52,549 bases of DNA from Patescibacteria group bacterium (GTDB lineage: Bacteria > Patescibacteriota > Microgenomatia > Woykebacterales > RBG-16-39-9b): the NCBI GenBank assembly GCA_022574495.1, contig JACZRW010000001.1, positions 1 through 52,549 on the forward strand, in the 5' to 3' direction. This document shows positions 10,085 to 19,050 of the stretch, one piece after another. Every line of letters starts with the position of its first letter. Within the stretch, counting starts at the first letter, position 1. A program made the position numbers and the translations under genes. The notes beneath the pieces are model-generated. The model was not told the origin of the DNA, made no database searches, and worked only from the letters and a program-made list of their open reading frames with translations.

Positions 10085-10468
10085 ATGGTTATTTTAGTAA
10101 GATATATATGTATGAAATTGTTACCTAATTTATTAATTTATTTTGGTGTGTATCATTTAGTAAGCACCATAATTTTGTACTTTTTAATTAGATTATTCTC
10201 CTACGATTTATGGCGCGCTCAATATTCTGAGGGTGGTATAGAATCCATATTCACGGTTACAGAGGGAAATTATCATTTTGGATTATTTATCACTTTAATT
10301 TTTGCCGGTGCCGCTGTTTTAAAAGGGCTCGAGCTGAAAAATATAGAAGAAAAAATTTCTCGTTTAAGATACGTAACCAATAGTGTTCTAGTCTTTGTGG
10401 TTGTCCTTTCGGCAATATATTTCACTTTTGTAAATTTATTAATACTTATTAAACCCTCTTATTTTTAA
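10085..10468 (+). CDS. Hypothetical membrane protein
   Basis: ORF with 3-4 hydrophobic segments. The start is uncertain (alternative ATG at 10112). Confidence 0.4.
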   Translation: MVILVRYICMKLLPNLLIYFGVYHLVSTIILYFLIRLFSYDLWRAQYSEGGIESIFTVTEGNYHFGLFITLIFAGAAVLKGLELKNIEEKISRLRYVTNSVLVFVVVLSAIYFTFVNLLILIKPSYF

Positions 10469-10532
10469 CAAGTGATTTTTTTCACATTTTATTCTATAAA
10501 AATAATGTTTAATAAATTTGCTTGTTAGTTTT

Positions 10533-11117
10533 ATGAAGTTTTTACCCGTAGTTGGTTTGGGAATAATTAGTGTAGTAATTATAGGTGTAATCCTTTTAGT
10601 CGAAGGGGAAAATAGTAAACCAAGGGTAGTTACAGATGAAAATGGTAATGAGTTTACTCTTGGTGTTGATAGCTCAGATGATTCATCTTATTCTGTAAAC
10701 GTTGGTGACAAAGCGCCAGATTTTACCCTAACCACTTATGATGGGAAAGTTGTAAAGTTATCAGATCTCTACAAAGAAAAGCCCGTAATTATGCAGTTTT
10801 GGGCTACGTGGTGCGAAATCTGTGAGAGAGAATTTCCAGAAAATAATACCTACGCTCAAGAAAATAAAGATAAGTTCCACTTTTTAGCAGTAAATTGGGC
10901 TGAATCGGCGAGTCAAGTAGAGTCATATATTAGTAGAAAAAACTTGGATCCAACCGCAATTACTTTCCTGATGAATGAATCTTCAGATGTTGTTCGTGCT
11001 TACGGTGTTCGAGGAACACCTACGCACACGATTATTGATACAAAAGGACAAATCTTCTTTTATAATGTTGGTTACACCACTGTTAGCCAATTTAGTGCCG
11101 CCATTAATTCTCTTTAA
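10533..11117 (+). CDS. TlpA/ResA-like membrane-anchored thiol-disulfide oxidoreductase
   Basis: FWATWCEICEREFPE (CxxC) in a redoxin fold, with an N-terminal TM helix. Start taken at the ATG (MKFLPVV). Confidence 0.75.
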   Translation: MKFLPVVGLGIISVVIIGVILLVEGENSKPRVVTDENGNEFTLGVDSSDDSSYSVNVGDKAPDFTLTTYDGKVVKLSDLYKEKPVIMQFWATWCEICEREFPENNTYAQENKDKFHFLAVNWAESASQVESYISRKNLDPTAITFLMNESSDVVRAYGVRGTPTHTIIDTKGQIFFYNVGYTTVSQFSAAINSL

Positions 11118-11164
11118 GGTTCTTGATTGACATGAGGCAGTAAAAGTTGGTAACCTTAGTTTAA

Positions 11165-12808
11165 ATGGAGTCTCAAACTGTCCAACAAACTCCTCAACCT
11201 GAGGTTCAAGAAACCCCGAAGCCTTCAGGATCTAAAACTCGCATTGTAATTCTAATTGTAATATTAGTAATAGTGGTAGTTGCGGGGGTTGGTTTTTTCT
11301 TATTAATAAATAAAGGGCAAGAAGAAACTGGTCCAAAGGTAATTACCGGTTTGGATATAGAATCTATCACAATAGCACAGTCCCCTGCCTTTTCCGGCAT
11401 ATTTCCAGATTCAGTTCCAGATTTTGCAGAAGTTGTTTTCAACAACAATATTTTCGATGGTTTGGGGAGGATTGTTGATGGTGAGGTAAAGCCGGCTCTG
11501 GCTACAAGCTGGACGAATCCAGATAACACAACCTGGAGATTTACTTTACGTAAGGGTGTAAAATTCCACAACGGAGATGTGTTAAAGGCATCTGATGTAA
11601 AATTCAGTATTGACACCGCCCTGAAAGAAGAATGGCCCAATTCATTTAATCTTGGTACCGTGGACACCGTAGAAGTCGTGGATGACTTTACGGTGGATAT
11701 CAAAACAACATCACCAGATCCTGTTCTTCTCAATAGGATGGTTTTCGCCTTCATCGTGTCCGAAAAACAATATAAGAATCGAGGTGAAAGCGAAGCAGTT
11801 GGAACCGGTCCCTATAAATTCGTAAAAATGGATAAAGAACAAGTAACGCTTGAAGCTAACAATAATTATTTCTTGGGGACGCCAAAGGTAAAGAAAGTAG
11901 TCTATAAATTCTTCTCTGATGACGTTACTGATAAACAGTTGGTAGAGGCTCTTAAAAAAGGAGATGTAGATTTAGCTAAAGTAACCGACCAAAAATTAAG
12001 CCAAACATTGGGTTCTAGTTTCCAAGTAAAAAGTTTAGCCGACCCATTCATATCATTCCTCTGGATGGATACAGCTCGCGACAAAAGTCCTTATATTGAT
12101 AAATCACCAAATCCATTGAAGAGCAAACTTGTTCGCCAAGCCATGTATAAGGTAATCAATGTGAATAATATTATAAAGGAAGCCTCTATTTCTGCCGTTC
12201 CTGCCTCTCAATATGTCACCGACGCTATATTTGGATACAATTCGAATATAAATCGTCCGGCGCCAAATGTTGATGAAGCAAAGGATTTGATGAAACAATC
12301 GGGTTTTGCGGATGGATTTAATATCACGCTAGATATCCCAGGATTTAGATTAAAGGAAGGTGAAGCAATCGCTAAAGACCTTGAAAAAATTAACATAAAG
12401 ACCAAGGTAAATGGGTTAACAAGAGATGAGGGTTTTGAAAAATTGGTGATTAAACAAGACACTTCTTTATTTGTTTTTGATTATGGTGCGGAGACTTATG
12501 ATGCTGGTGAAATATTCACAGACATTTTACATTCAACAGATGATACCTATGGATCAGTCAACCTAACAAGCTATAGCAACGTGGAGACAGACAAATTAGC
12601 AGAAGAAATAGCCTCAATATTTGACACTAAGACCAGGGCAACCAAACTTCAAGAAGCTATGGTGAAGGTTATGGAAGATTTACCTATCATACCTCTTTAC
12701 AGCCTGAAATCTTATTACACTTTTGGTAATGATATTGACTGGACCCCTACTGCCTTTGGAGCCATCTATGCCAATGAGATTTCCGGTCGAGAAGTTATTA
12801 CTCAATAA
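11165..12808 (+). CDS. ABC transporter substrate-binding protein, family 5 (peptide/nickel type)
   Basis: 547 aa with an N-terminal anchor. LATSWTNPDNTTWRFTLRKGVKFHNGD is the classic SBP_bac_5 signature. Confidence 0.75.
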   Translation: MESQTVQQTPQPEVQETPKPSGSKTRIVILIVILVIVVVAGVGFFLLINKGQEETGPKVITGLDIESITIAQSPAFSGIFPDSVPDFAEVVFNNNIFDGLGRIVDGEVKPALATSWTNPDNTTWRFTLRKGVKFHNGDVLKASDVKFSIDTALKEEWPNSFNLGTVDTVEVVDDFTVDIKTTSPDPVLLNRMVFAFIVSEKQYKNRGESEAVGTGPYKFVKMDKEQVTLEANNNYFLGTPKVKKVVYKFFSDDVTDKQLVEALKKGDVDLAKVTDQKLSQTLGSSFQVKSLADPFISFLWMDTARDKSPYIDKSPNPLKSKLVRQAMYKVINVNNIIKEASISAVPASQYVTDAIFGYNSNINRPAPNVDEAKDLMKQSGFADGFNITLDIPGFRLKEGEAIAKDLEKINIKTKVNGLTRDEGFEKLVIKQDTSLFVFDYGAETYDAGEIFTDILHSTDDTYGSVNLTSYSNVETDKLAEEIASIFDTKTRATKLQEAMVKVMEDLPIIPLYSLKSYYTFGNDIDWTPTAFGAIYANEISGREVITQ

Positions 12809-12863
12809 CACTAACACCTAAGGTTACTACTATCTCCCATTGTGCTAAAATTTATTTAGAAAA

Positions 12864-14342
12864 ATGAAACTCCTGCCTGAAGCAATTGGTAAATCCCTAA
12901 GATTTAAATTCGGCTTATTAGTATTGGTGCTTCTATTTTTGGTCTATACCGTTTCCACTGGAGTTTTAATTTACCAAAATATAAACACCCAGAGAAATAT
13001 TCTAATTTCCCAAGTAAGAGCTTTTGCAAAACTGTCAGCAAAACCAATCGGAGGAAATTATTCGCTTTATTTTGATTCAGGATATTTAAAATTCAAGGAA
13101 CTCACCCAAGAGATTCTGTCATTGAATAATGATGTTGAAAGAGTACAGATAATTTCAGTTAAAGGAGAAGTATTATTTGATTCGGACGATCTAGAATTTG
13201 GTAAATCCACAGTGATTTGGGCAGTTGAAGATCAGACAATCTTAGCCAATGTGAATTCTAATGTCGAAAGTGAAGTGCCACCCCGTAAAAAAAATTCGAG
13301 GCCAGAGCAGATAGTAGAACCATACTTTGAAGATTTTGGTGCTCACCCATTTTCGATCCGATATTTTATTTCTTACGATTCTGTATCCCAAAACCTTTTT
13401 TCTACAATCCTAACCACACTGCTTCTTAGTTTTATTTTTTTCGCTGGGTCTATTATTTTAATAATTTCGGTGGTTAATCGAACAATTATAGCCCCGATAG
13501 AAACCGTGATTCAAGGAGCGAGAAAAATTAGTAAGGGCGATTTCTCGCATAAAATTGAGGTTGATACAAAAGACGAGGTGGAAGATTTAGCCTTAGCCGT
13601 TAACCAAATGGCTCAGACTCTAAGAAAAAATATTGATGATCTAAAAGAGCTAGATAAACTGAAGGACGAATTTATTTATTTAGCCTCACATAATTTAAGA
13701 ACCCCTCTGACTGTAATTAAAGGCTATGTTAGCTCTCTTCAAGAAGACAGTTCTTTAAATACAGAAACTCGGGAGCAGTTAGTTAATATTTCTAAAAGCA
13801 CTAAAGAGCTCGAAATAATAACGGAAACTCTTCTTAGTTTAGTTTCGCTGGAAAAAGGAGAGAAACCAGTAATAAAAAAACAAATAGATTTAGTTCCTAT
13901 GCTTGAAGAAATTAGCGGAAAATTACAGGAAAAGGCTCTTGAGAAAGGGATAAATTTTATATTCGAATTACCAGAAAAGACACTTCCCGAGGTAGCGTTA
14001 GAAGAGGACCGGATCAAACAAGCTTTTATTGCCCTTGTGGATAACGCTATTAAATTTAATAAAAAAAACGGTAAAGTAATAATAAAATTTCATAGAAATA
14101 CCGACGGTGTTGTTATTTCAATAAAAGATGAAGGTATAGGTATTCCTAATGATAAGAGAGACAAGGTTTTTAAGAAATTCCAACGTATTAATGATATCTT
14201 GACATATGATTATGTAGGTATTGGGCTTGGTCTTTATGTAACTAAACTGATAATTGAGGCTCATGGAGGGAAGATTTGGTTTGATTCTAAAGTGGGTGAA
14301 GGGTCTACTTTTCACGTAAGTTTACCACTAGCTGGTTCTTAG
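12864..14342 (+). CDS. Sensor histidine kinase (HAMP-HisKA-HATPase_c)
   Basis: H-box ASHNLRTPLT, N-box VDNAIKFN, G-boxes DEGIGIP and GIGLGLY. No response regulator is adjacent. Confidence 0.85.
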   Translation: MKLLPEAIGKSLRFKFGLLVLVLLFLVYTVSTGVLIYQNINTQRNILISQVRAFAKLSAKPIGGNYSLYFDSGYLKFKELTQEILSLNNDVERVQIISVKGEVLFDSDDLEFGKSTVIWAVEDQTILANVNSNVESEVPPRKKNSRPEQIVEPYFEDFGAHPFSIRYFISYDSVSQNLFSTILTTLLLSFIFFAGSIILIISVVNRTIIAPIETVIQGARKISKGDFSHKIEVDTKDEVEDLALAVNQMAQTLRKNIDDLKELDKLKDEFIYLASHNLRTPLTVIKGYVSSLQEDSSLNTETREQLVNISKSTKELEIITETLLSLVSLEKGEKPVIKKQIDLVPMLEEISGKLQEKALEKGINFIFELPEKTLPEVALEEDRIKQAFIALVDNAIKFNKKNGKVIIKFHRNTDGVVISIKDEGIGIPNDKRDKVFKKFQRINDILTYDYVGIGLGLYVTKLIIEAHGGKIWFDSKVGEGSTFHVSLPLAGS

Positions 14343-14371
14343 TCTTAACTACGCAGGATTGTATAGTACTA

Positions 14372-15091
14372 TCAGTGTATAGGTAAATAAGCTTGCGGAT
14401 CCACGTTCTTGCCATCAGAGTAAACTTCTAAGTGAAGGTGAGAACCAGTTGCATAGCCAGTGGCTCCAACTAATCCAATTGTGGTTTCTTTGGTTACTCT
14501 TTGCCCAGTTTTTACATTAATTTTTGAAAGGTGGGCGTATCGTGAAGTAAATCCAGCCGTGTGTTTAATTATTACTGAATAGCCATACCCTCCGTCCCAT
14601 CCTGCTAGTGTCACTTTTCCTTCCGCAATTGGATTGATATCGGTACCGTACGATCTCGGAATATCGATTGCCGGGTGTATAAACCAAAAACCTTGTGACA
14701 GACTACCATCAACTGGTCTTTGAAATACTGGTGCAGGGCTAGCTTTAACTTGATCCTCGATCACATATTCAACATTTCTTTCCTGTGTATAATTAGTATC
14801 GATTGGTTCTAAAGTTGAAGCTGGAACCAATTGGAGCGTACTAATACTAATTGCAAATATTCCAAAAACGTACCTTTTCAAGGCTTTATTGGCTATCTTA
14901 GCTGATTTTTTTGCCCAATGGTAAAATTCCCGTCCGGAAATTAAAGCATCAAACAAGATGGAATTAGTATTAAATCCAACCTGTCTGACTAAACGGGGTG
15001 AAACATAAACGCGGTGAATAGAACTATTTAATTGTTCTTTCCGCTGGGGCAGAGAGCGACCAGCTAAGCCGGCTTTTCTCTGTTTTAGCAT
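14372..15091 (-). CDS. M23 (LytM-type) peptidase
   Basis: GYSVIIKH...YAHLS...GATGYATGSHLHLEV. Start set at the ATG at 15091, just after a CCCCGA/TCGGGG hairpin. Confidence 0.8.
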   Translation of the reverse strand: MLKQRKAGLAGRSLPQRKEQLNSSIHRVYVSPRLVRQVGFNTNSILFDALISGREFYHWAKKSAKIANKALKRYVFGIFAISISTLQLVPASTLEPIDTNYTQERNVEYVIEDQVKASPAPVFQRPVDGSLSQGFWFIHPAIDIPRSYGTDINPIAEGKVTLAGWDGGYGYSVIIKHTAGFTSRYAHLSKINVKTGQRVTKETTIGLVGATGYATGSHLHLEVYSDGKNVDPQAYLPIH

Positions 15092-15328
15092 ATCCCCCGA
15101 AAGTTCGGGGAACAAAAAAATTCTCCCGCAATTTTGGAAGACGAGGGCATTATACTAAACGGTCAAGAAAAAGTCAAGGCCTTAGGGCCGCAGACCCCGC
15201 CGAAACGCTCTTTGAACCGGGTATGGATAAGCGAAGCTTGTGAACTTCGTTCTAATATACTGAAAAGGTGAAAAGTAAGGCTATGTGGGGTCAAGTCTAT
15301 GACCTTCACCCGAAGCTTTATCGTAATG

Positions 15329-15402
15329 TGGAGGCGACGAGCGGATTCGAACCGCCGTAAAAGGTTTTGCAGACCTCTACCTAGCCACTCGGTCACGTCG
15401 CC
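15329..15402 (-). tRNA. tRNA-Cys (GCA), with encoded CCA
   Basis: Minus-strand read: GGCGACG TG ACC GAGTGGCTA GGT A GAGGT CTGCAAA ACCTT TTAC GGCGG TTCGAAT CCGCT CGTCGCC T CCA. The acceptor stem has 7 perfect pairs and the anticodon loop is CU-GCA-AA. Confidence 0.85.
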
Positions 15403-15480
15403 CCAGTTTGAGCCTAGATTATAGCATATGAACTTAAAAAGATAAAACATTAATCGTGGATACCTTGTAACCTATAGTGG

Positions 15481-15509
15481 TTGACTTTCAGTTAGAAATG
15501 TGTTAGAAT
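15481..15509 (+). promoter_or_regulatory. Near-consensus promoter driving island B
   Basis: TTGACT (15481-15486)-N17-TAGAAT (15504-15509) with a TGT extended -10, preceded by CCTATAGTGG. Confidence 0.6.
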
Positions 15510-15516
15510 CTAGGTT

Positions 15517-15919
15517 CTAAATAAGGCACGAATAAAGAAATATTGTACGTGGAATTTTTAGTTCTTTTGAGCTAAGGATTTTAGTTGCAAGATTTATTTT
15601 AGGTATTTTGCTCCTTAAAAACTCCTTACTTGAGTTACGTAATCATGAACAACTCGTGGTTACTTACCTCGAGTGAGGTTCGCGAGAGCGGTAAAAAATA
15701 TAGTTATACATTCAAAAGAAAGGATGGTAAGCGATACATGCACTAAGAGGCCAAAACCACCAGATCCGGTAGCGAGCATCCCTGCTCTACAAGAATGGTC
15801 TCCCTTCGGAGAGGCAAGTCCGTAATCTAACAACGGGCGGAGCAGGGAGGGTTTTAGTCCCTTCGGGGATACCCTGCTCATGATGCGCATAACATCAACC
15901 GGAGAAGGAGGAATTTGCC
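15517..15919 (+). promoter_or_regulatory. ~400-nt 5' leader of the helicase gene; A+T-rich first third, then G+C-rich and structured
   Basis: No convincing ORF. A UUCG-loop hairpin (CCC-TTCG-GGG) and a second small hairpin (TCTCC-CTTC-GGAGA). GAGCAGGG (15840-15847) is complementary to two identical CCCTGCTC copies (15780-15787 and 15872-15879). Confidence 0.4.
15659..15674 (+). repeat. Left-edge copy of an imperfect direct repeat bounding island B
   Basis: GTTACTTACCTCGAGT compared with GTTACTCAC-TCGAGT at 19009-19023. Both lie at the composition switch. Confidence 0.4.
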
Positions 15920-18900
15920 TTGGATGGCATTCTACCAATCTCCCAGTACCGTGAGTACATAGTGCAAACGGTGCGAGACAACCAGGTTACAATCTTGGTT
16001 GGTGAGACAGGTAGCGGCAAAACCACACAAGTTCCGGTGTATCTTCTGGATGCTGGCTTCGGTCAGCGAGGACGCATCGGAATCACCCAACCTCGACGTC
16101 TAGCTGCCACTTCGGTGGCCGAGTACGTCGCGGATCGTATGGGTTGCCGAGTAGGCGAAGAAGTGGGTTATCAGATCCGCTTCGACGACACTACGACTGA
16201 GGGTACTCGGATCAGTTTCATGACTGACGGCATACTTCTGCAGGAAGCAAAGAGCGACCCGCTCTTCTCTCGTTATGAAGTTTTGGTGTTTGATGAAGCA
16301 CACGAGCGCAACCTCAACACCGACTTTGGTCTTGGTTTGGTCAAGCACGCCCTCAACACGCGAGATGACCTGAAGGTCGTTATCATGTCGGCCACAATCG
16401 ACGCCGATAAGTTCTCCGCCTTTTTCGGCGGGGCACCGATCATTAACGTCGAAGGTAAGACGTACCCAGTTGAGGTGCGCTACCTCGATGCGGTCGACGA
16501 GCAAGACGCGCAGGACCTCTTCATGGACCGTTCCATTGAGGCCCTCGCCGCCTTCAAGGTTGGTCAGATCCACCGCTCTGGCAAGCCGGGAGACATCCTG
16601 GTCTTCATGCCAGGGAAGGATGAGATCTACAAAACCATCCGATTAATTGAACAACTGCATCACCAAGACCTGCACACCCTAGCAGTTTACGGGGACATGA
16701 CGCCTCAGGAACAGCGTCGAATTTTCGACCGGTTTTCTGGACGAAAGGTGATCGTAGCTACCAACATTGCCGAGACCAGCATTACCATAGACGGCGTCGT
16801 GCACGTTGTCGACAGCGGGCTCATCAAGCAGATGAACTTTGACCCCAACACAGGGATCAGGTCTTTAAGCGTGACTGAGCACTCAAAGTCTGGTCTTGCG
16901 CAGCGACTTGGTCGAGCTGGACGCACCCAACCTGGTGTGTGTTGGCGGCTTTTCCTCTCTGAGGAGTACGAGACAGGCCGTCTTCCCTACCAGGGATGGA
17001 GCAAGAAGCAGCGCGATCAATTCACCAAACCAGAAATCCTGCGTACTGACCTAGCTGGTGTTGTCCTTCGGATGATCGGCATCGGTATCACCGACGTCGA
17101 GAGTTTCGAGTTTGTGGATATGCCAGTCGCTGGGGCAATCCATAACGCTTACGAAGCTCTCAAGGCTCTCGAGGCGTTGAACGAGGACAACCAGATCACC
17201 ACTCTTGGCCATCGGTTGCTTGATCTTCCGGTTGAGCCAAGAATCGGTCGAATGATCCTTGCCGCTGAGGACTACGGCTGTGCTGACGAGATTGTCACCA
17301 TCGCCGCCAGCCTTTCGGTGCGAGACGTCTTCCGACGTCCCAGGGACAAGGAGCTTGAAGCTGATGCAGCCAAAGCCCGCTTCACTGACCCAAGGAGCGA
17401 CTTCCTCACCACCCTCAACGTGGTTGAGCAGTATCTCGCTAACCAGGGTATAAGGGAGTGGACACAAGACAACTTCCTGAACTATCGAGCTTTGGAACAA
17501 CTCCTCAACATCCGTGGACAGCTCTTGGAAATCCTCGAGCGACTGCGTGTTGAGGTAGCATCGGTTGGGTATCGCAAACCCAAAGATCGATTCGACCCCA
17601 GTCCGGAGGAAAAGGCCCAAGCTGAAGCAATTGGTAAGGCCGTGACCGCGGGCTTGATTCAGAACCTTTCAATTCTCCGCAGGGGTGTGGACTACGTCCG
17701 CAACGGTGATCTAGTTCGCATCCACCCCGGTAGTGGTCTTTTCAGTGAGCTACCTCGCCTTCTTACCTGCGATAGTATCGTGAAAACGAAAACCCGCAAA
17801 AGCGGCATGATGAACTTCGCCAGAAGTTGTCAAGAGGTAGAACTTCCCTGGGTGGAGGAGATTGCCCCCCATCTACTGAAGACGGAGGTTGAAACGACGC
17901 CGTCCTGGAGCTACTCTCCAGAGGAAGGATACGTATACCAACGTCGAACGTACCTGGCCGGTGTCGAGATCTCCAGCGAGTCCACCCCTGCAAAGGGACC
18001 GGAAGTGGTACGGAAGTTTGCCGAGGATCTAGCCAACGAGCAAAGGTTCCTTAGCTTCATCAACCACAACCAGCAGGTCATGTACAGACTCGAGACAATT
18101 TATAGGGCAAGTGGCGGAATAACCAAGCTTCTTACCCGAGAAGAGCTCACTGAATTTTATGTCGAGCGGCTTGGGGACGCTACCACTAAAGCCGAATCCG
18201 AAGAGAAGAATCTGCAACTGAACCTCGATGACTACGTGTCTGCTGAGGAGAGGAAGCAGTACGGGTCAGAGCGACCGTCGCTGGTGTCTCAAGCAAGGGC
18301 CAGAATTTCCGATTTGGCGACAACCTTGCGAAAGGAAAGTCCGAAGGAACTCGATGAATTTACCAAAAACAAAATCGAGGACCTAAGGAAACGTCTAGAC
18401 GCCATGTCGTTGGACCCCAAAGAGTGGGGTTTCCAGTCTGGTTGGAACGGTAGTAGCCAGATCCGTTCCCTTTTGGGAGATCTACGCTCAGCCGAGGATA
18501 ATCTTCGGTGGGATCAGGAGACAGAGGCAGCTCGTGCAAAGATAGATTCTGTTCGCAGTTCTGTCGAGCGCCATGAGGAGCTGCACCAGCGAAGGCTGGA
18601 ACGACAAGCAAGAAAAGCGGAGGAGGAGCGGCAGGCCGAAGAGGAGCGCAGACAGCTTCAGCAGGAGGAGGAAGGATATAAGGAGTACGAGACAGCGCTA
18701 GTAGCGCTGAAGGCGAAGGCAGGAAGTTGGCCTGGCTTCGGTACCTATCAGTTCCCGTTCAACGCAAATGGTGATCCTGAGGATTATCTCCAAGACGGGT
18801 TTACCCACACGTTGGATTGGGATCACACTGAGGTGCTACCGGACGAGAACGAGTCTTATTGGGGCTTCGTTACTCAGACAATTCCACAAAATGGCGGTGG

Positions 18901-18964
18901 AACAATCAGAAAGATTGCTCTGCTACTGGAAGTCCGAAGCAAACCAGCTCACCTGTCTGACTAG
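15920..18964 (+). CDS. DEAH/RHA-box ATP-dependent helicase (HrpA-like) with a long C-terminal extension
   Basis: TTG start 8 nt after AAGGAGGA. GETGSGKTTQ (motif I), DEAHER (II), SAT (III), QRLGRAGR (VI). About 350 C-terminal residues include an EEERQAEEERRQLQQEEE charged helix. Line 16081-16140 has 35 G+C of 60. Confidence 0.85.
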   Translation: MDGILPISQYREYIVQTVRDNQVTILVGETGSGKTTQVPVYLLDAGFGQRGRIGITQPRRLAATSVAEYVADRMGCRVGEEVGYQIRFDDTTTEGTRISFMTDGILLQEAKSDPLFSRYEVLVFDEAHERNLNTDFGLGLVKHALNTRDDLKVVIMSATIDADKFSAFFGGAPIINVEGKTYPVEVRYLDAVDEQDAQDLFMDRSIEALAAFKVGQIHRSGKPGDILVFMPGKDEIYKTIRLIEQLHHQDLHTLAVYGDMTPQEQRRIFDRFSGRKVIVATNIAETSITIDGVVHVVDSGLIKQMNFDPNTGIRSLSVTEHSKSGLAQRLGRAGRTQPGVCWRLFLSEEYETGRLPYQGWSKKQRDQFTKPEILRTDLAGVVLRMIGIGITDVESFEFVDMPVAGAIHNAYEALKALEALNEDNQITTLGHRLLDLPVEPRIGRMILAAEDYGCADEIVTIAASLSVRDVFRRPRDKELEADAAKARFTDPRSDFLTTLNVVEQYLANQGIREWTQDNFLNYRALEQLLNIRGQLLEILERLRVEVASVGYRKPKDRFDPSPEEKAQAEAIGKAVTAGLIQNLSILRRGVDYVRNGDLVRIHPGSGLFSELPRLLTCDSIVKTKTRKSGMMNFARSCQEVELPWVEEIAPHLLKTEVETTPSWSYSPEEGYVYQRRTYLAGVEISSESTPAKGPEVVRKFAEDLANEQRFLSFINHNQQVMYRLETIYRASGGITKLLTREELTEFYVERLGDATTKAESEEKNLQLNLDDYVSAEERKQYGSERPSLVSQARARISDLATTLRKESPKELDEFTKNKIEDLRKRLDAMSLDPKEWGFQSGWNGSSQIRSLLGDLRSAEDNLRWDQETEAARAKIDSVRSSVERHEELHQRRLERQARKAEEERQAEEERRQLQQEEEGYKEYETALVALKAKAGSWPGFGTYQFPFNANGDPEDYLQDGFTHTLDWDHTEVLPDENESYWGFVTQTIPQNGGGTIRKIALLLEVRSKPAHLSD

Positions 18965-18996
18965 ACAAATAGGAAACACGTAACCTTAAGCGTGAG

Positions 18997-19045
18997 CCCA
19001 GGGATATAGTTACTCACTCGAGTAGCCGAAATGACCTGGGTTTTT
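18997..19045 (+). terminator. Weak terminator-like hairpin after the helicase gene
   Basis: CCCAGG (18997-19002) pairs with CCTGGG (19035-19040) around an ACTC-ACTC-GAGT inner hairpin, followed by TTTTT. Confidence 0.4.
19009..19023 (+). repeat. Right-edge copy of the island B direct repeat
   Basis: See 15659-15674. Confidence 0.4.
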
Positions 19046-19050
19046 CATTT

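Noticed and set aside
15163-15450. 95-aa minus-strand ORF
   Set aside because: It runs straight through the tRNA-Cys gene and its terminator and is a by-product of local G+C richness.
15660-15938. 92-aa minus-strand ORF in the helicase leader, together with the many 60-190-aa antisense ORFs within 16100-18611
   Set aside because: These are typical shadow ORFs of G+C-rich sequence, Pro/Arg/Gly-rich, with no SD. The plus-strand helicase explains the region.
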